Below are positions 17,077-26,090 of a stretch of DNA of 43,315 nt, piece after piece. Source of the stretch: Rhizobiaceae bacterium. GTDB taxonomy: Bacteria; Pseudomonadota; Alphaproteobacteria; Rhizobiales; Rhizobiaceae. The DNA is taken from the NCBI GenBank assembly GCA_051009635.1, contig JBPCWJ010000192.1, forward strand, positions 1-43,315. Direction: 5' to 3'. Position numbers and translations under genes: made by a program. Every line of letters begins with the position of its first letter. Position 1 is the stretch's first letter. The notes beneath the pieces are model-generated. The model ran no database searches and was not told the DNA's origin. It saw only the letters and a list, made by a program, of their open reading frames with translations.

Positions 17077-19641
17077 TTGGTCATAGCCTATCTGGTATTT
17101 TGCATTGTTGCGGCTTGCCACAACAATGCCTTTGCCCAAGCTGCCGGTGAAGGTGCTGCACCGGAACCGCAGGCTACGCAATCTGCCGATTCCGAGGGAT
17201 CAGGTGGTGGCAATGATGCCCCATCTGCCTTGCCATCGGCCAATGATTCTGCCAGCGCCGGTGAAATTGTTCCCCGGGAAATTGTCGTCAAGGTCGAAGG
17301 CTGGAATCGCGCGCTGGATTCACTTGTACAAGCCTCAGAGCGGGAAGGTATCGGCGACGAACAGCTTGCAAAGATGTCGTCAGAAGCGTCGGATATCCGT
17401 AATGAAGCGTCGATACTGATGGCAGAACAAGCTCCGCTTGTAACGAGAATAAGCGAACAGCTTGATGAATTGGGTCCTGCGCCAGCCGAAGGCGAGCCAG
17501 CTGAATCGACGGAATTGGCTAATCGCCGGGCGCAGCTGAATGCGCGGCTTTCGAGTGTTGACGGAATCCAGACAGAAACCAGGCTGGTCATGTTGCGTGC
17601 GAGCCAGGTTGAGAGATCGACTCTGGCGATAAAGCGCGAAAGGTTCGTTCAGAGACTCTTCGTGCGCTCATATGGCATTTTCGACCCGGAGTTGTGGACC
17701 CGCTCCACCCTTGGCGGCAACAGATATCTCAAGAGCCTTTGGCTTCAGATAACCGAGTCATTTTCCTATGCAGCAGGAAGAATTGCTTCAGAACCGTTGA
17801 AACAGGCCTGGTCGCTGGCGCAATTATTTTTTGTGTTTGCGGTTTATTTTCTGGTCCGTCGCTGGTTGGGCGCAGAGGAAAGGCGGGCACTGCCGCCACC
17901 CAGCCCGAAGGGCCTGGAAGGCCAGATTAGTGCTGCGGCTCAAATCCGCTGGTTGATTTCCAACGGCGTGCTTCCAGGCATTCTTTTTCTTTTTGTCTAC
18001 GAAGTCTTTCAAAAATCCGGACTGTTTCCTGCAAGGTTCGTGGCACTGCTGGAAAGCCTTCTGATCGAATTGGCAACAGCGGTATTGGCGATTGCCATCC
18101 TTACACTGGTTGTTCGGCCGCGTGATCGAACAAAGCGCATGGCACCGATATCGGATGCGGCCGCAAGGGATGTAAGGCAGGCAGGAATTGTCACCGTTGC
18201 CATTATCCTGTTTCTGACGAGTGTAAATTTTTCCGCTGTTCAGCTATTCGCGCCCGTCGAAACGTCAATTGCAATTAGCGCGTTTGCAATTGTTGCGTTC
18301 CTTGCCGGCGTCGCTTTCATCATGTGGCGGGTGGCATTTGATCTGAGACAGCAAGAGGAAGCTCCTCCAGGTGTGCCGGTGATCCGATGGCGGATTGTCA
18401 ATCCGGTTATCTGGATCGCCTGGGCGATTTCCCTTGGCGGATTGCTAACCGGATATACCGCGCTGTCCGAATTCTTTGCCTATCAGCTGCTATTCGGACT
18501 GATGATTGCGGTTACCCTATGGCTGTTCCTCCGATTAATCGATCAGACCAAGGCCAAGGTCTTTTCCGAGCAGGGAGGTCAGTTCAGGTTTTCAGGGATT
18601 CAGCAGGGCACCAGCAAGCAGTTGACAATCCTGTTGTTCGGACTTGCCCGACTTGTTGTGGTCATTACCGCGATATTCGCATTTCTCCTGCCATGGGGAA
18701 TACGGTCGCAGGACTGGATCAGCCTGTTCCGTCGCGGCTTTTTCGGGTTTCAGGTTGGCAACCTGACAATTTCACTTTCCTCGATCATCCTTGCCGGAAT
18801 CATTTTTGTCATTGGCATGATTGCCACTCGCCAGATCACCAACTGGCTTGGCAAGCAATATCTTCCGACGACCCGGCTTGATGTTGGCATGCGAAACTCG
18901 ATCACCACCATATTGGGATATGTAGGGATCGTTATTACCTCCCTGCTGGCGATAACCGCGGCAGGTCTAAATCTGTCCAATGTTGCCATTGTCGCCGGTG
19001 CGCTGTCGGTTGGTATTGGATTTGGACTGCAGAGTATCGTCAATAACTTTGTGTCGGGCCTTATTCTCCTGGCAGAGCGCCCGATAAAGACAGGCGACTG
19101 GGTGGTCACCAGTGGCGGTCAGGGTAGGGTGGGCCGCATTTCAGTTCGATCAACCGAGATACAGACATTTGACGGTGCCACGGTGATTTTGCCCAACTCG
19201 ACCATGATCACCGAAGCTGTAACCAATTGGACGCATCGAAACACCAAGGGGCGGATCATCGTAGCCATTGGTGTTGGTTATGATAGCGACCCTGTAATGG
19301 TACGCGAATTGCTGGTCGAGTGCGCCAGGGCGCATCCGCTTGTTCTCGACGATCCGGAGCCACAGGCATATTTTCTCGATTTCGGTGCGGATGCACTGAT
19401 GTTCGACGTGCGGGCTTACCTTGCAGATGTCGGCAATACGCTGAGCGTCAGCAGTGATTTGCGTTTTGCGATATTGCAGGCTCTGCGGGATGCCAATATC
19501 GAAATCCCGTACCCGCAACGCGATTTGCATATCAAGTCAGGACCGTTTGCCGGATTTGAAGCCAAGCAAACCAATGAAGATAGTGGGATGAAGGAACACA
19601 AGGACACGGTAGATACCCGACATAACGAGATTGAGGATTAA
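17077..19641 (+). CDS. MscK/KefA-like mechanosensitive channel (large periplasmic N-domain, multi-TM region, MscS-type C-terminal core)
   Basis: 854 aa. Signal-like N-terminus ...CHNNAFAQA, an Ala/Glu-rich coiled region, about 10 TM segments, then the MscS core (GLQSIVNNFVSGLILLAERPIKTGDWV...VRSTEIQTFDGATVILPNS). The only start in frame is TTG 17077, so the start is uncertain. Confidence 0.85.
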   Translation: MVIAYLVFCIVAACHNNAFAQAAGEGAAPEPQATQSADSEGSGGGNDAPSALPSANDSASAGEIVPREIVVKVEGWNRALDSLVQASEREGIGDEQLAKMSSEASDIRNEASILMAEQAPLVTRISEQLDELGPAPAEGEPAESTELANRRAQLNARLSSVDGIQTETRLVMLRASQVERSTLAIKRERFVQRLFVRSYGIFDPELWTRSTLGGNRYLKSLWLQITESFSYAAGRIASEPLKQAWSLAQLFFVFAVYFLVRRWLGAEERRALPPPSPKGLEGQISAAAQIRWLISNGVLPGILFLFVYEVFQKSGLFPARFVALLESLLIELATAVLAIAILTLVVRPRDRTKRMAPISDAAARDVRQAGIVTVAIILFLTSVNFSAVQLFAPVETSIAISAFAIVAFLAGVAFIMWRVAFDLRQQEEAPPGVPVIRWRIVNPVIWIAWAISLGGLLTGYTALSEFFAYQLLFGLMIAVTLWLFLRLIDQTKAKVFSEQGGQFRFSGIQQGTSKQLTILLFGLARLVVVITAIFAFLLPWGIRSQDWISLFRRGFFGFQVGNLTISLSSIILAGIIFVIGMIATRQITNWLGKQYLPTTRLDVGMRNSITTILGYVGIVITSLLAITAAGLNLSNVAIVAGALSVGIGFGLQSIVNNFVSGLILLAERPIKTGDWVVTSGGQGRVGRISVRSTEIQTFDGATVILPNSTMITEAVTNWTHRNTKGRIIVAIGVGYDSDPVMVRELLVECARAHPLVLDDPEPQAYFLDFGADALMFDVRAYLADVGNTLSVSSDLRFAILQALRDANIEIPYPQRDLHIKSGPFAGFEAKQTNEDSGMKEHKDTVDTRHNEIED

Positions 19642-21309
19642 ATGCTTCCGGAACTTCCGACACTTGAAGAAATAACCGAAGCATTTGCATGGCAGATACC
19701 CGACAGTTTCAATATCGGGGTTTCATGCTGCGATGTATGGGCAGAAAGGGAACCGGAACGTATCGCCTTGCGACAATGGAATCGCGGCGCAGCTGCCGTG
19801 GAGACGAGCTACGGCGAATTGAAGTCCCGCTCCGATGCATTTGCAAGATATTTGGTGAAGAATGGTGCAAAGCCCGGTGACAGGATAGCGATTATCCTTC
19901 CACAAAGCGTGGAAACGGTGATTGCCCATCTTGCCATATACAAGGCCGGAATGATTGCGGTCCCGCTGGCACGCCTTTTTGGTGCGGAAGCTCTGGAATA
20001 CCGGCTGAACCGTGCGGGAGTTTCTGTTGCAGTTACCAATCGGGACGGGTGTGAAAAAATTGCATCAATTGAGTCCGGACTTGATAATCTTGAACATGTT
20101 GTTTGTGTTGGGGAAGCAAGCCCGAGGGTAAGCCAGCTTTCAGGTTCAATCCGGGTTTCATCATTTGAAGAATCCGCCAGAGAAGGCGATGGTGAGAAAT
20201 TCATAGCCGAACCAACGAAACCAGATACTCCTGCGCTGATCATCTTTACTTCGGGTACAACAGGGCCACCAAAGGGTGCGCTGCATGGTCACCGTGTGTT
20301 GTTGGGGCATATTCCGGGTGTTCAGGAACATCATGAGTTTCTGCCAAAGGAAGGAGATATTGCCTGGACACCGGCTGATTGGGCCTGGGCTGGCGGGCTG
20401 CTTAACATCTTGCTTCCCTGTCTATATCTGGGTGTACCGGTTGCTTATGGTGGGATAGACCGGTTTGATCCGGAACTGGCTTTTGAACTTATGCAGGATA
20501 TGACGGTTGCAAATGCATTTATTCCGCCAACAGCATTGAGGTTGATGAAGACAGTAGAAGAACCGGTAGAGCGGTTTGATCTAAAAATTCGAACAATTGG
20601 ATCGGGGGGTGAAAGTCTCGGCAGGGAGACGCTAATCTGGGCCCAATCCGAGCTTGGTATCGTGATCAATGAGTTTTACGGGCAAACGGAATGCAATCTT
20701 GTCTTAAGCTCTTGTAATGCGATCGGCGTATTGCGTCCCGGAGCCATTGGAAAGCCGGTACCTGGACATGAGGTTGGCGTGCTTGGGGATGATGGAAAAT
20801 TGTGTAAAACCGGCGAACGCGGACAAGTAGCTGTAAAATCACCCGACCCGGTCATGTTTCTTGGCTATTGGGAGGATGAGGCTGCGACTTCACAAAAATT
20901 CGCTGGTGACTGGATGCTGACCGGCGATCAGTGCGTGATGGATGAGGATGGCTATTTTCATTTCGTCGGGCGGGATGATGACATCATAAATTCAGCAGGG
21001 TACCGGGTAGGACCGGGAGAAATAGAAGATTGCCTGATCACTCACCCGGCGGTGAAACTTGCTGCTGCCGTCGGTAAACCGGACAAGCTACGGACAGAAA
21101 TTGTAAAGGCCTATATTGTTCTTGCGGATGGACATAGGTCCACAGACAAATTGCTTGATGACGTCAAGCAACATGTAAAGGCAAGATTGGCGGCCAATAT
21201 CTATCCCCGTGAAATCGACGTGGTAGAGGAAATTCCGCTGACAACTACCGGAAAAGTCATCAGGCGGATTTTTCGTGAGCAGGCGATCAGGGAGGCCGGT
21301 CCGGGTTAG
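19642..21309 (+). CDS. AMP-forming acyl-CoA synthetase / AMP-dependent ligase
   Basis: 555 aa. AMP-binding motif IIFTSGTTGPPKG, plus GQTE, TGD, RDDDIINSAGYRVGPGEIE and a C-terminal TGKVIR. The ATG directly abuts the mscK-like stop (TAA 19639-19641), with GAGGA 4 nt upstream. Confidence 0.88.
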   Translation: MLPELPTLEEITEAFAWQIPDSFNIGVSCCDVWAEREPERIALRQWNRGAAAVETSYGELKSRSDAFARYLVKNGAKPGDRIAIILPQSVETVIAHLAIYKAGMIAVPLARLFGAEALEYRLNRAGVSVAVTNRDGCEKIASIESGLDNLEHVVCVGEASPRVSQLSGSIRVSSFEESAREGDGEKFIAEPTKPDTPALIIFTSGTTGPPKGALHGHRVLLGHIPGVQEHHEFLPKEGDIAWTPADWAWAGGLLNILLPCLYLGVPVAYGGIDRFDPELAFELMQDMTVANAFIPPTALRLMKTVEEPVERFDLKIRTIGSGGESLGRETLIWAQSELGIVINEFYGQTECNLVLSSCNAIGVLRPGAIGKPVPGHEVGVLGDDGKLCKTGERGQVAVKSPDPVMFLGYWEDEAATSQKFAGDWMLTGDQCVMDEDGYFHFVGRDDDIINSAGYRVGPGEIEDCLITHPAVKLAAAVGKPDKLRTEIVKAYIVLADGHRSTDKLLDDVKQHVKARLAANIYPREIDVVEEIPLTTTGKVIRRIFREQAIREAGPG

Positions 21310-21327
21310 GAGCCAGAACAAACTTCT

Positions 21328-22587
21328 TCAGTCACGACGGAGCAACCGTTTTGCGAAACGCCGCGCTGCTGCCTTGCGATCAATTGCTGCTTGAAGCGCG
21401 TTGATTTTTCGGGTGCCGGAACTTCCCGGAGCAACTATCAGCGTGCCCAGGTTCATGCGATCAGTCCAAAGCCGGTCTACCACCGCCCCTGGTGGCGATT
21501 GCGAATCCGAGAAACTGAACCCGGGAATGCGGAGCATATCACTTGTTGCGTGGAGCAGCAATTGAACTCCGGGGGCGAAGACCTGGTAGTTTTCGTCATA
21601 TGCAATTTTCCAGGGATAATATCGCGTGCCTGATTTCAGCATGATCAGGGATGCGATTGAACTGCCATCAAGGCGCATGCTGTAAACCGCAGCGCGCTTT
21701 TGGCGAGCCAATTGGCCAACTGCCTGACGGGCGAAAGCTGCTGCCTTCTTGATCGCATGGATTGCTGTTCTACGCCGGCCTTTCCAACCTCGGACCTCAA
21801 CGAGCAAGAATTCCTCAAAACGGGTAAGGACATCCGGTAGTTCCGTAGCTTTCTCGAATTCCACGGTACCCAGCTCATCAAGTTTTCGCAGTTGCGCCTT
21901 TAACTGTCTGCGCCGTTTGGAATTCAGGTTCCGCTGCATGAACGCCTCGCCGGGATCCTCGGCATCATGGATCGGATTTAGAACGGCACGTTCCACTTTG
22001 CTGGTGATGCAAAGATGAAATCCATGTCTGGACAAGGCATCTGTCAGTTTCCCGGCTACGTCTTCCTCATAGGGAAAATCCTCTAACATCAACGGTATTG
22101 AATTCAGCTCTTCAAGCTTCGAGTAAAGACTTGCGAAGCGCTCACTGATCTCTTCAATATCGTCCTGCTCAACGAGAGGCAGGGAAAGCGGAGCATAGGG
22201 ATGACTTGCCGCGCGTAAAACCGGCTTTGGAGGAAAGCCTGCTTTCTCGATATTAACCGGTAAGTACAGCCTGATGGATGTTTCCTCGCCCAGGGTTTCG
22301 GTCAAATACAGCTGATGGGGGGACGGTGCCATAATGCGGTTCTGGGCTGCCAGTTGAAACTCGGATTCAAAAAACAGGTTAGCGCCGCCCGACAGGCTTG
22401 AAAGGCCGTGAAGGTCGGAGATAAATGATCCTGAAAAATCCATCTCACGATAGTGCAGACGCCAAAGACTGGAATCGATAGTCTCTTCACAGACCGCCAA
22501 TTCGGAAACTGGTCCGCTTTTTTTGGATTCTCCATCATATTCCGTCTTTTGCAGTATTGATGGCAATTTCGGTGCAAGCCGGGTCAT
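21328..22587 (-). CDS. GNAT-fold acyltransferase of the CelD/BioF2/FemAB-like type
   Basis: 419 aa. The region LRKLDELGTVEFEKA...FEEFLLVEVRGWKGRRRTAI...AAVYSMRLDGSSIASLIMLKSGTRYYPWKIAYDENYQVFAPGVQLL matches the pattern I associate with CelD-like GNAT proteins. The ATG overlaps the flippase stop (ATGA 22584-22587). Confidence 0.72.
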   Translation of the reverse strand: MTRLAPKLPSILQKTEYDGESKKSGPVSELAVCEETIDSSLWRLHYREMDFSGSFISDLHGLSSLSGGANLFFESEFQLAAQNRIMAPSPHQLYLTETLGEETSIRLYLPVNIEKAGFPPKPVLRAASHPYAPLSLPLVEQDDIEEISERFASLYSKLEELNSIPLMLEDFPYEEDVAGKLTDALSRHGFHLCITSKVERAVLNPIHDAEDPGEAFMQRNLNSKRRRQLKAQLRKLDELGTVEFEKATELPDVLTRFEEFLLVEVRGWKGRRRTAIHAIKKAAAFARQAVGQLARQKRAAVYSMRLDGSSIASLIMLKSGTRYYPWKIAYDENYQVFAPGVQLLLHATSDMLRIPGFSFSDSQSPPGAVVDRLWTDRMNLGTLIVAPGSSGTRKINALQAAIDRKAAARRFAKRLLRRD

Positions 22588-24032
22588 TGTGCAACCTCCG
22601 GGGACAGGCGCTTTCTTGAGGGGATAATGAAAATATGCAGGTCCAGCCGCCGTTTGGCTGCTGCGTAGAGGGCCGCTGATTCAAAAGCCAGGGCAAGCGT
22701 CGTGGCAGTGGCGGCACCCTTGAGGCCATAGGCCGGGATCAGTGCCCAGTTGAGCACGAAGTTCACATAGAAAGTGAGACCGTAGATTATGGCGCAGTTC
22801 TTCTGTTCACCTGACATGGTCAGCACGCTTTCGGCAGCACCGACACTTGAACGTATGATCACGCCCAACGCCAATATCCAAAGCAGGCTGGTGCCTTCAA
22901 CAAATGCCTCGCCAAACAACATCAGGAAGTATTTGCCAAGCAGAACCATGGTTACTGCAAATGCAAGGGATGGCCAGAAGGTCCATTGGACAGTTTCCTG
23001 GATGAAGCGCTCATAACGTTCACGGTCGCCAGCTGCCCTGTATGCCGCAAATCGATGCGCGGAACCGGCGCGAACCGCAAAATAAACGAAATGAGCAAGT
23101 GCAAGTGTTTTGACCGAAGCAAAATATACACCCACCTGATCTGGAGGCAGGTAGTAGCTGACGAACAATATATCGGTGTTTGTGAGAAGCCCGTAAAAAC
23201 CTTCAACCAGGAGAATCGGCAGTGAAATCCAAAGCCAATTGACAGCCTGGAAATGCTTGGGACCTTGCGGGACCGTCGCCCGCAGGTGACGCATAAGTCT
23301 GATGAACTGATAGACGGAGGCCGACCAGGTGGCGAATATTGCCGCGACCAGCGTGGAAACCGCATCCGGTTTCAGTCCAATGAGATAAAAGATTGCCACG
23401 ACACCCAGAAGAACGAGCGGACGCATGATGAATGTTGGCGCAATTGCAGTACCAGGCAAATTAAACGCCCGGGCTATGCCGTCCTGTACCTCCTGCAATG
23501 CAATCATCGGCAAGCAGGTCAGAGCCAGGACAATAGGAATCACGTAATAGGAGGTGATTGATTCAGCGAATAAATAGACGAGGCCGGCTCCGATTAATGC
23601 GACTACAGTTGACGTGCCGAGGCAAAACAGGATGCTCCACCAGATAGTGCCTCGAAGAAGGGAAAGCTCCTTGCGGGTCTGATATTCGGAGATGAAGCGG
23701 ACGATTGACACCTGTACGCCAAGGCAGGTCAGGCCGCCAAGAACGGATACACCAACCCAGACGGCAACGAATATCCCGTACTCAAACTCTGCGACCCATC
23801 GAGCCAGCAGTACCTGCGAGAAATATGCAATAACCGCGCTGACAACACGAATTGCAAAGACAAAGAACATGGTTCTGAGTGAAACCGACCGGTCGTCGGT
23901 TCCCCTCAGGATCATGTCAGCAAGCTCCAGACCTGTTCGCGCATGTTGCGCAAACCGCTCTGGTAACAGCCGGCCTGAAATGTTTTGCAGCCTTTCAAGC
24001 ACGTCCCACTCCGGATTACTGAGGAGTTTCAT
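22584..24032 (-). CDS. MOP-superfamily polysaccharide/oligosaccharide flippase (Wzx/PST-like)
   Basis: 482 aa with about 12-14 hydrophobic helices throughout. Layout and length are typical of lipid-linked oligosaccharide flippases. Confidence 0.78.
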   Translation of the reverse strand: MKLLSNPEWDVLERLQNISGRLLPERFAQHARTGLELADMILRGTDDRSVSLRTMFFVFAIRVVSAVIAYFSQVLLARWVAEFEYGIFVAVWVGVSVLGGLTCLGVQVSIVRFISEYQTRKELSLLRGTIWWSILFCLGTSTVVALIGAGLVYLFAESITSYYVIPIVLALTCLPMIALQEVQDGIARAFNLPGTAIAPTFIMRPLVLLGVVAIFYLIGLKPDAVSTLVAAIFATWSASVYQFIRLMRHLRATVPQGPKHFQAVNWLWISLPILLVEGFYGLLTNTDILFVSYYLPPDQVGVYFASVKTLALAHFVYFAVRAGSAHRFAAYRAAGDRERYERFIQETVQWTFWPSLAFAVTMVLLGKYFLMLFGEAFVEGTSLLWILALGVIIRSSVGAAESVLTMSGEQKNCAIIYGLTFYVNFVLNWALIPAYGLKGAATATTLALAFESAALYAAAKRRLDLHIFIIPSRKRLSPEVAQ

Positions 24033-24070
24033 GCCACAAAGCTTTTAACAAACCGTTCGAATTTTAGGAA

Positions 24071-24643
24071 TTATGCACTAAACCCGCCGGCATCGAGAAA
24101 AGCCTGTTCAGCGTGCGTTGTGTTGCGCTTCAGCGCAGGGTTTCGATGGGGAAAACGGCCAAATCTGGCAATCACATCGCGATGTATGATCGCATAATCG
24201 AAGTTTTCCCTGGCACAAAAGCAATGCATTAGTTCGACACACCGGTTTTGTGCATCCATGGATTCACTATGCATGAATGGCATGAAGAAAAATTGCGCCA
24301 AATCTCCTTCAACCTCCAGATGGAAACCGTTTTCGACCGCATTTTCGGCGATGGAAAGAGCATTGGCGTCAGTTGCAAAGGCGCGCGGGTCGTTGCGGAA
24401 CATGTTTCTGGAGAACTGGTCAAGCACCAGAATTAACGCGAGGCAGGAGTCTGGCCGTTCCTGCCAGGAGTCCAGCGCACCGGACGCGGCCAGTTCGTGG
24501 GTAGTCAGGAAACGTTCACGGATTATCCGGTCGATCTCATCATCTCTATTGAACCATCCATCCTTACCGATCGAGTTCCAGTAGTCGAGAACTTCATTAA
24601 AAGATGCAGCACCGGCACCTGTTGATTTGTCGGTTTTGGTCAT
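24071..24643 (-). CDS. DUF924 family protein
   Basis: 190 aa. VLDYWNS...WFNRDDEIDRIIRERF...ILVLDQFSRNMFR...FFMPFMHSE...HRDVIARFGRFPHRN is the canonical DUF924 pattern. Confidence 0.8.
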   Translation of the reverse strand: MTKTDKSTGAGAASFNEVLDYWNSIGKDGWFNRDDEIDRIIRERFLTTHELAASGALDSWQERPDSCLALILVLDQFSRNMFRNDPRAFATDANALSIAENAVENGFHLEVEGDLAQFFFMPFMHSESMDAQNRCVELMHCFCARENFDYAIIHRDVIARFGRFPHRNPALKRNTTHAEQAFLDAGGFSA

Positions 24644-24710
24644 TGCCGTTACTCCATGGCGTGTTCTTGTCGAAACTTAGCCTAATTTCAGGGGAATTGA
24701 ACTTGAAATT

Positions 24711-24730
24711 GATATGCTGCAATGCATATC
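24711..24730. promoter_or_regulatory. 7-6-7 inverted repeat GATATGC-N6-GCATATC in the DUF924/tusA divergent promoter region
   Basis: The sequence gatatgctgcaatgcatatc has perfect 7-bp arms. It ends 31 nt upstream of the tusA-like ATG (24761). Candidate operator; the binding factor is unknown. Confidence 0.3.
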
Positions 24731-24760
24731 GTCACTCAGCGCAATTAGAGAGCACCCTGA

Positions 24761-24985
24761 ATGTCGATTGAAGTTCTGGATTTGAGAGGACTGAAATGCC
24801 CGTTGCCGGTCTTGAAGACGCGCAAGGCATTGAAGGAACTTGTACCGGGAACGCGGATCTGGGTAGAATCCACCGATCCGCTTTCAGTCATTGATATGCC
24901 GAATTTTTGTCAGGAGAGCGGCCACCTACTCGTCGAGACCGCTGAAAGTGATAACATATTGCGGTTTCTGATTGAGAAAAGGTGA
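24761..24985 (+). CDS. TusA/SirA-like sulfurtransferase
   Basis: 74 aa. LDLRGLKCPLPVLKTRKAL contains the conserved CPxP active-site motif of the TusA family. Confidence 0.85.
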   Translation: MSIEVLDLRGLKCPLPVLKTRKALKELVPGTRIWVESTDPLSVIDMPNFCQESGHLLVETAESDNILRFLIEKR

Positions 24986-24995
24986 GTGCAGCTTC

Positions 24996-26087
24996 TCAGT
25001 GCCGGAAATTACCTGAAACAGATAGCGGATTTTCTGTCAGGGCTGCTTCGTCCGGCGTATCCACAGCCGGAACACCCGCAAGGCCATAGAATAATCGTTC
25101 CAGAAATTCCGGTTCCAGACCGCGCAAAATGATGACAATGCGTGTGGCGTGGCCGCCGTCCGGCCATTGTGCCAGTTCAACAGGTTCATGATAGGTCTGG
25201 TGAACACCGTGGATGACAAGCGGGCCGTCTCGTCCTGTTATGGCGACGAGGCCCTTGATCCTCAAAATGGCATCCGCATGGGCAGAGGCCAGCAATTCGC
25301 AAAATGCTTCCAGGGCTCGCCGGGAAATGGCGGTATCAGTCTTCAGTGTTACGGTTGATACCGGCTCAACAGACTTCAAGGCATGATGGTTTCCTGATTT
25401 CCCGTGCTCATGTTCCTTGTGAATCGCCAGCCGGGATGAGCTTTTCAGGGAGACGGATTTTGCCGCGTTCAATGCGGTTTCAAGCAGCTCTGGTCCGGGC
25501 TTCCGGCCTTGATTGCGATCAATTATTAGTGCGGCGGGATTTTGGCCTTCCAGCATTCGCCTGATCCGCGACATCTCGGCATCCCGCGACTCTCTCTCCA
25601 TCATGTCAGACTTGGTGACAATGATCATGTCGGCGAGCGCGATTTGAAGTGCGGGTTCGTCATTAGATGCTATTTGCCGATCAATGTTGAGGGCGTCGAC
25701 AAGCGTAATAACCGCACCGATTGTATATCTCATAGTGAGGTCGGGATGCGCCAGTATTGACTGAACCAATGGGCCGGGATCGGCCAGGCCGGTTGTCTCG
25801 ATTACGATACGCTGAATGCCTTCCAGAGGCAGGTTGGCCAAGGTATCGGTCAGTTGGCTGCGTATGGAGCAACACAGACAACCATTGGAAAGTTCAATGA
25901 TGTCCTCGTTACCTGTCTGGACAAGATGATGGTCGAGGCCGATATCACCAAATTCATTGATGATTACGGCGGTGCCGGATAGATCGGGCCCCTGCAGCAA
26001 CTCGTTGAGAAGAGAAGTTTTACCTGATCCGAGAAAACCGGTGAGCAGGAATATCGGTATTCTGGCTTCGGCCAGACCTTGTTCCAT
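24996..26087 (-). CDS. COG0523 (CobW/G3E family) GTPase, putative metal chaperone
   Basis: 363 aa. Walker A GFLGSGKTSLLN, CxCC motif CLCCSIR, ETTGLADP, and a His-rich linker HKEHEHGKSGNHH. The start lies 3 nt downstream of the DD-carboxypeptidase stop. Confidence 0.9.
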   Translation of the reverse strand: MEQGLAEARIPIFLLTGFLGSGKTSLLNELLQGPDLSGTAVIINEFGDIGLDHHLVQTGNEDIIELSNGCLCCSIRSQLTDTLANLPLEGIQRIVIETTGLADPGPLVQSILAHPDLTMRYTIGAVITLVDALNIDRQIASNDEPALQIALADMIIVTKSDMMERESRDAEMSRIRRMLEGQNPAALIIDRNQGRKPGPELLETALNAAKSVSLKSSSRLAIHKEHEHGKSGNHHALKSVEPVSTVTLKTDTAISRRALEAFCELLASAHADAILRIKGLVAITGRDGPLVIHGVHQTYHEPVELAQWPDGGHATRIVIILRGLEPEFLERLFYGLAGVPAVDTPDEAALTENPLSVSGNFRH

Positions 26088-26090
26088 TTT

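Noticed and set aside
24711-24730. Possibility that the GATATGC-N6-GCATATC palindrome is a Zur box connecting to the nearby COG0523 gene.
   Set aside because: The COG0523 gene is convergent with tusA and is transcribed from the far side (behind the DD-carboxypeptidase gene), so this site cannot be its promoter. I also cannot match the repeat to a Zur consensus from memory with any confidence.
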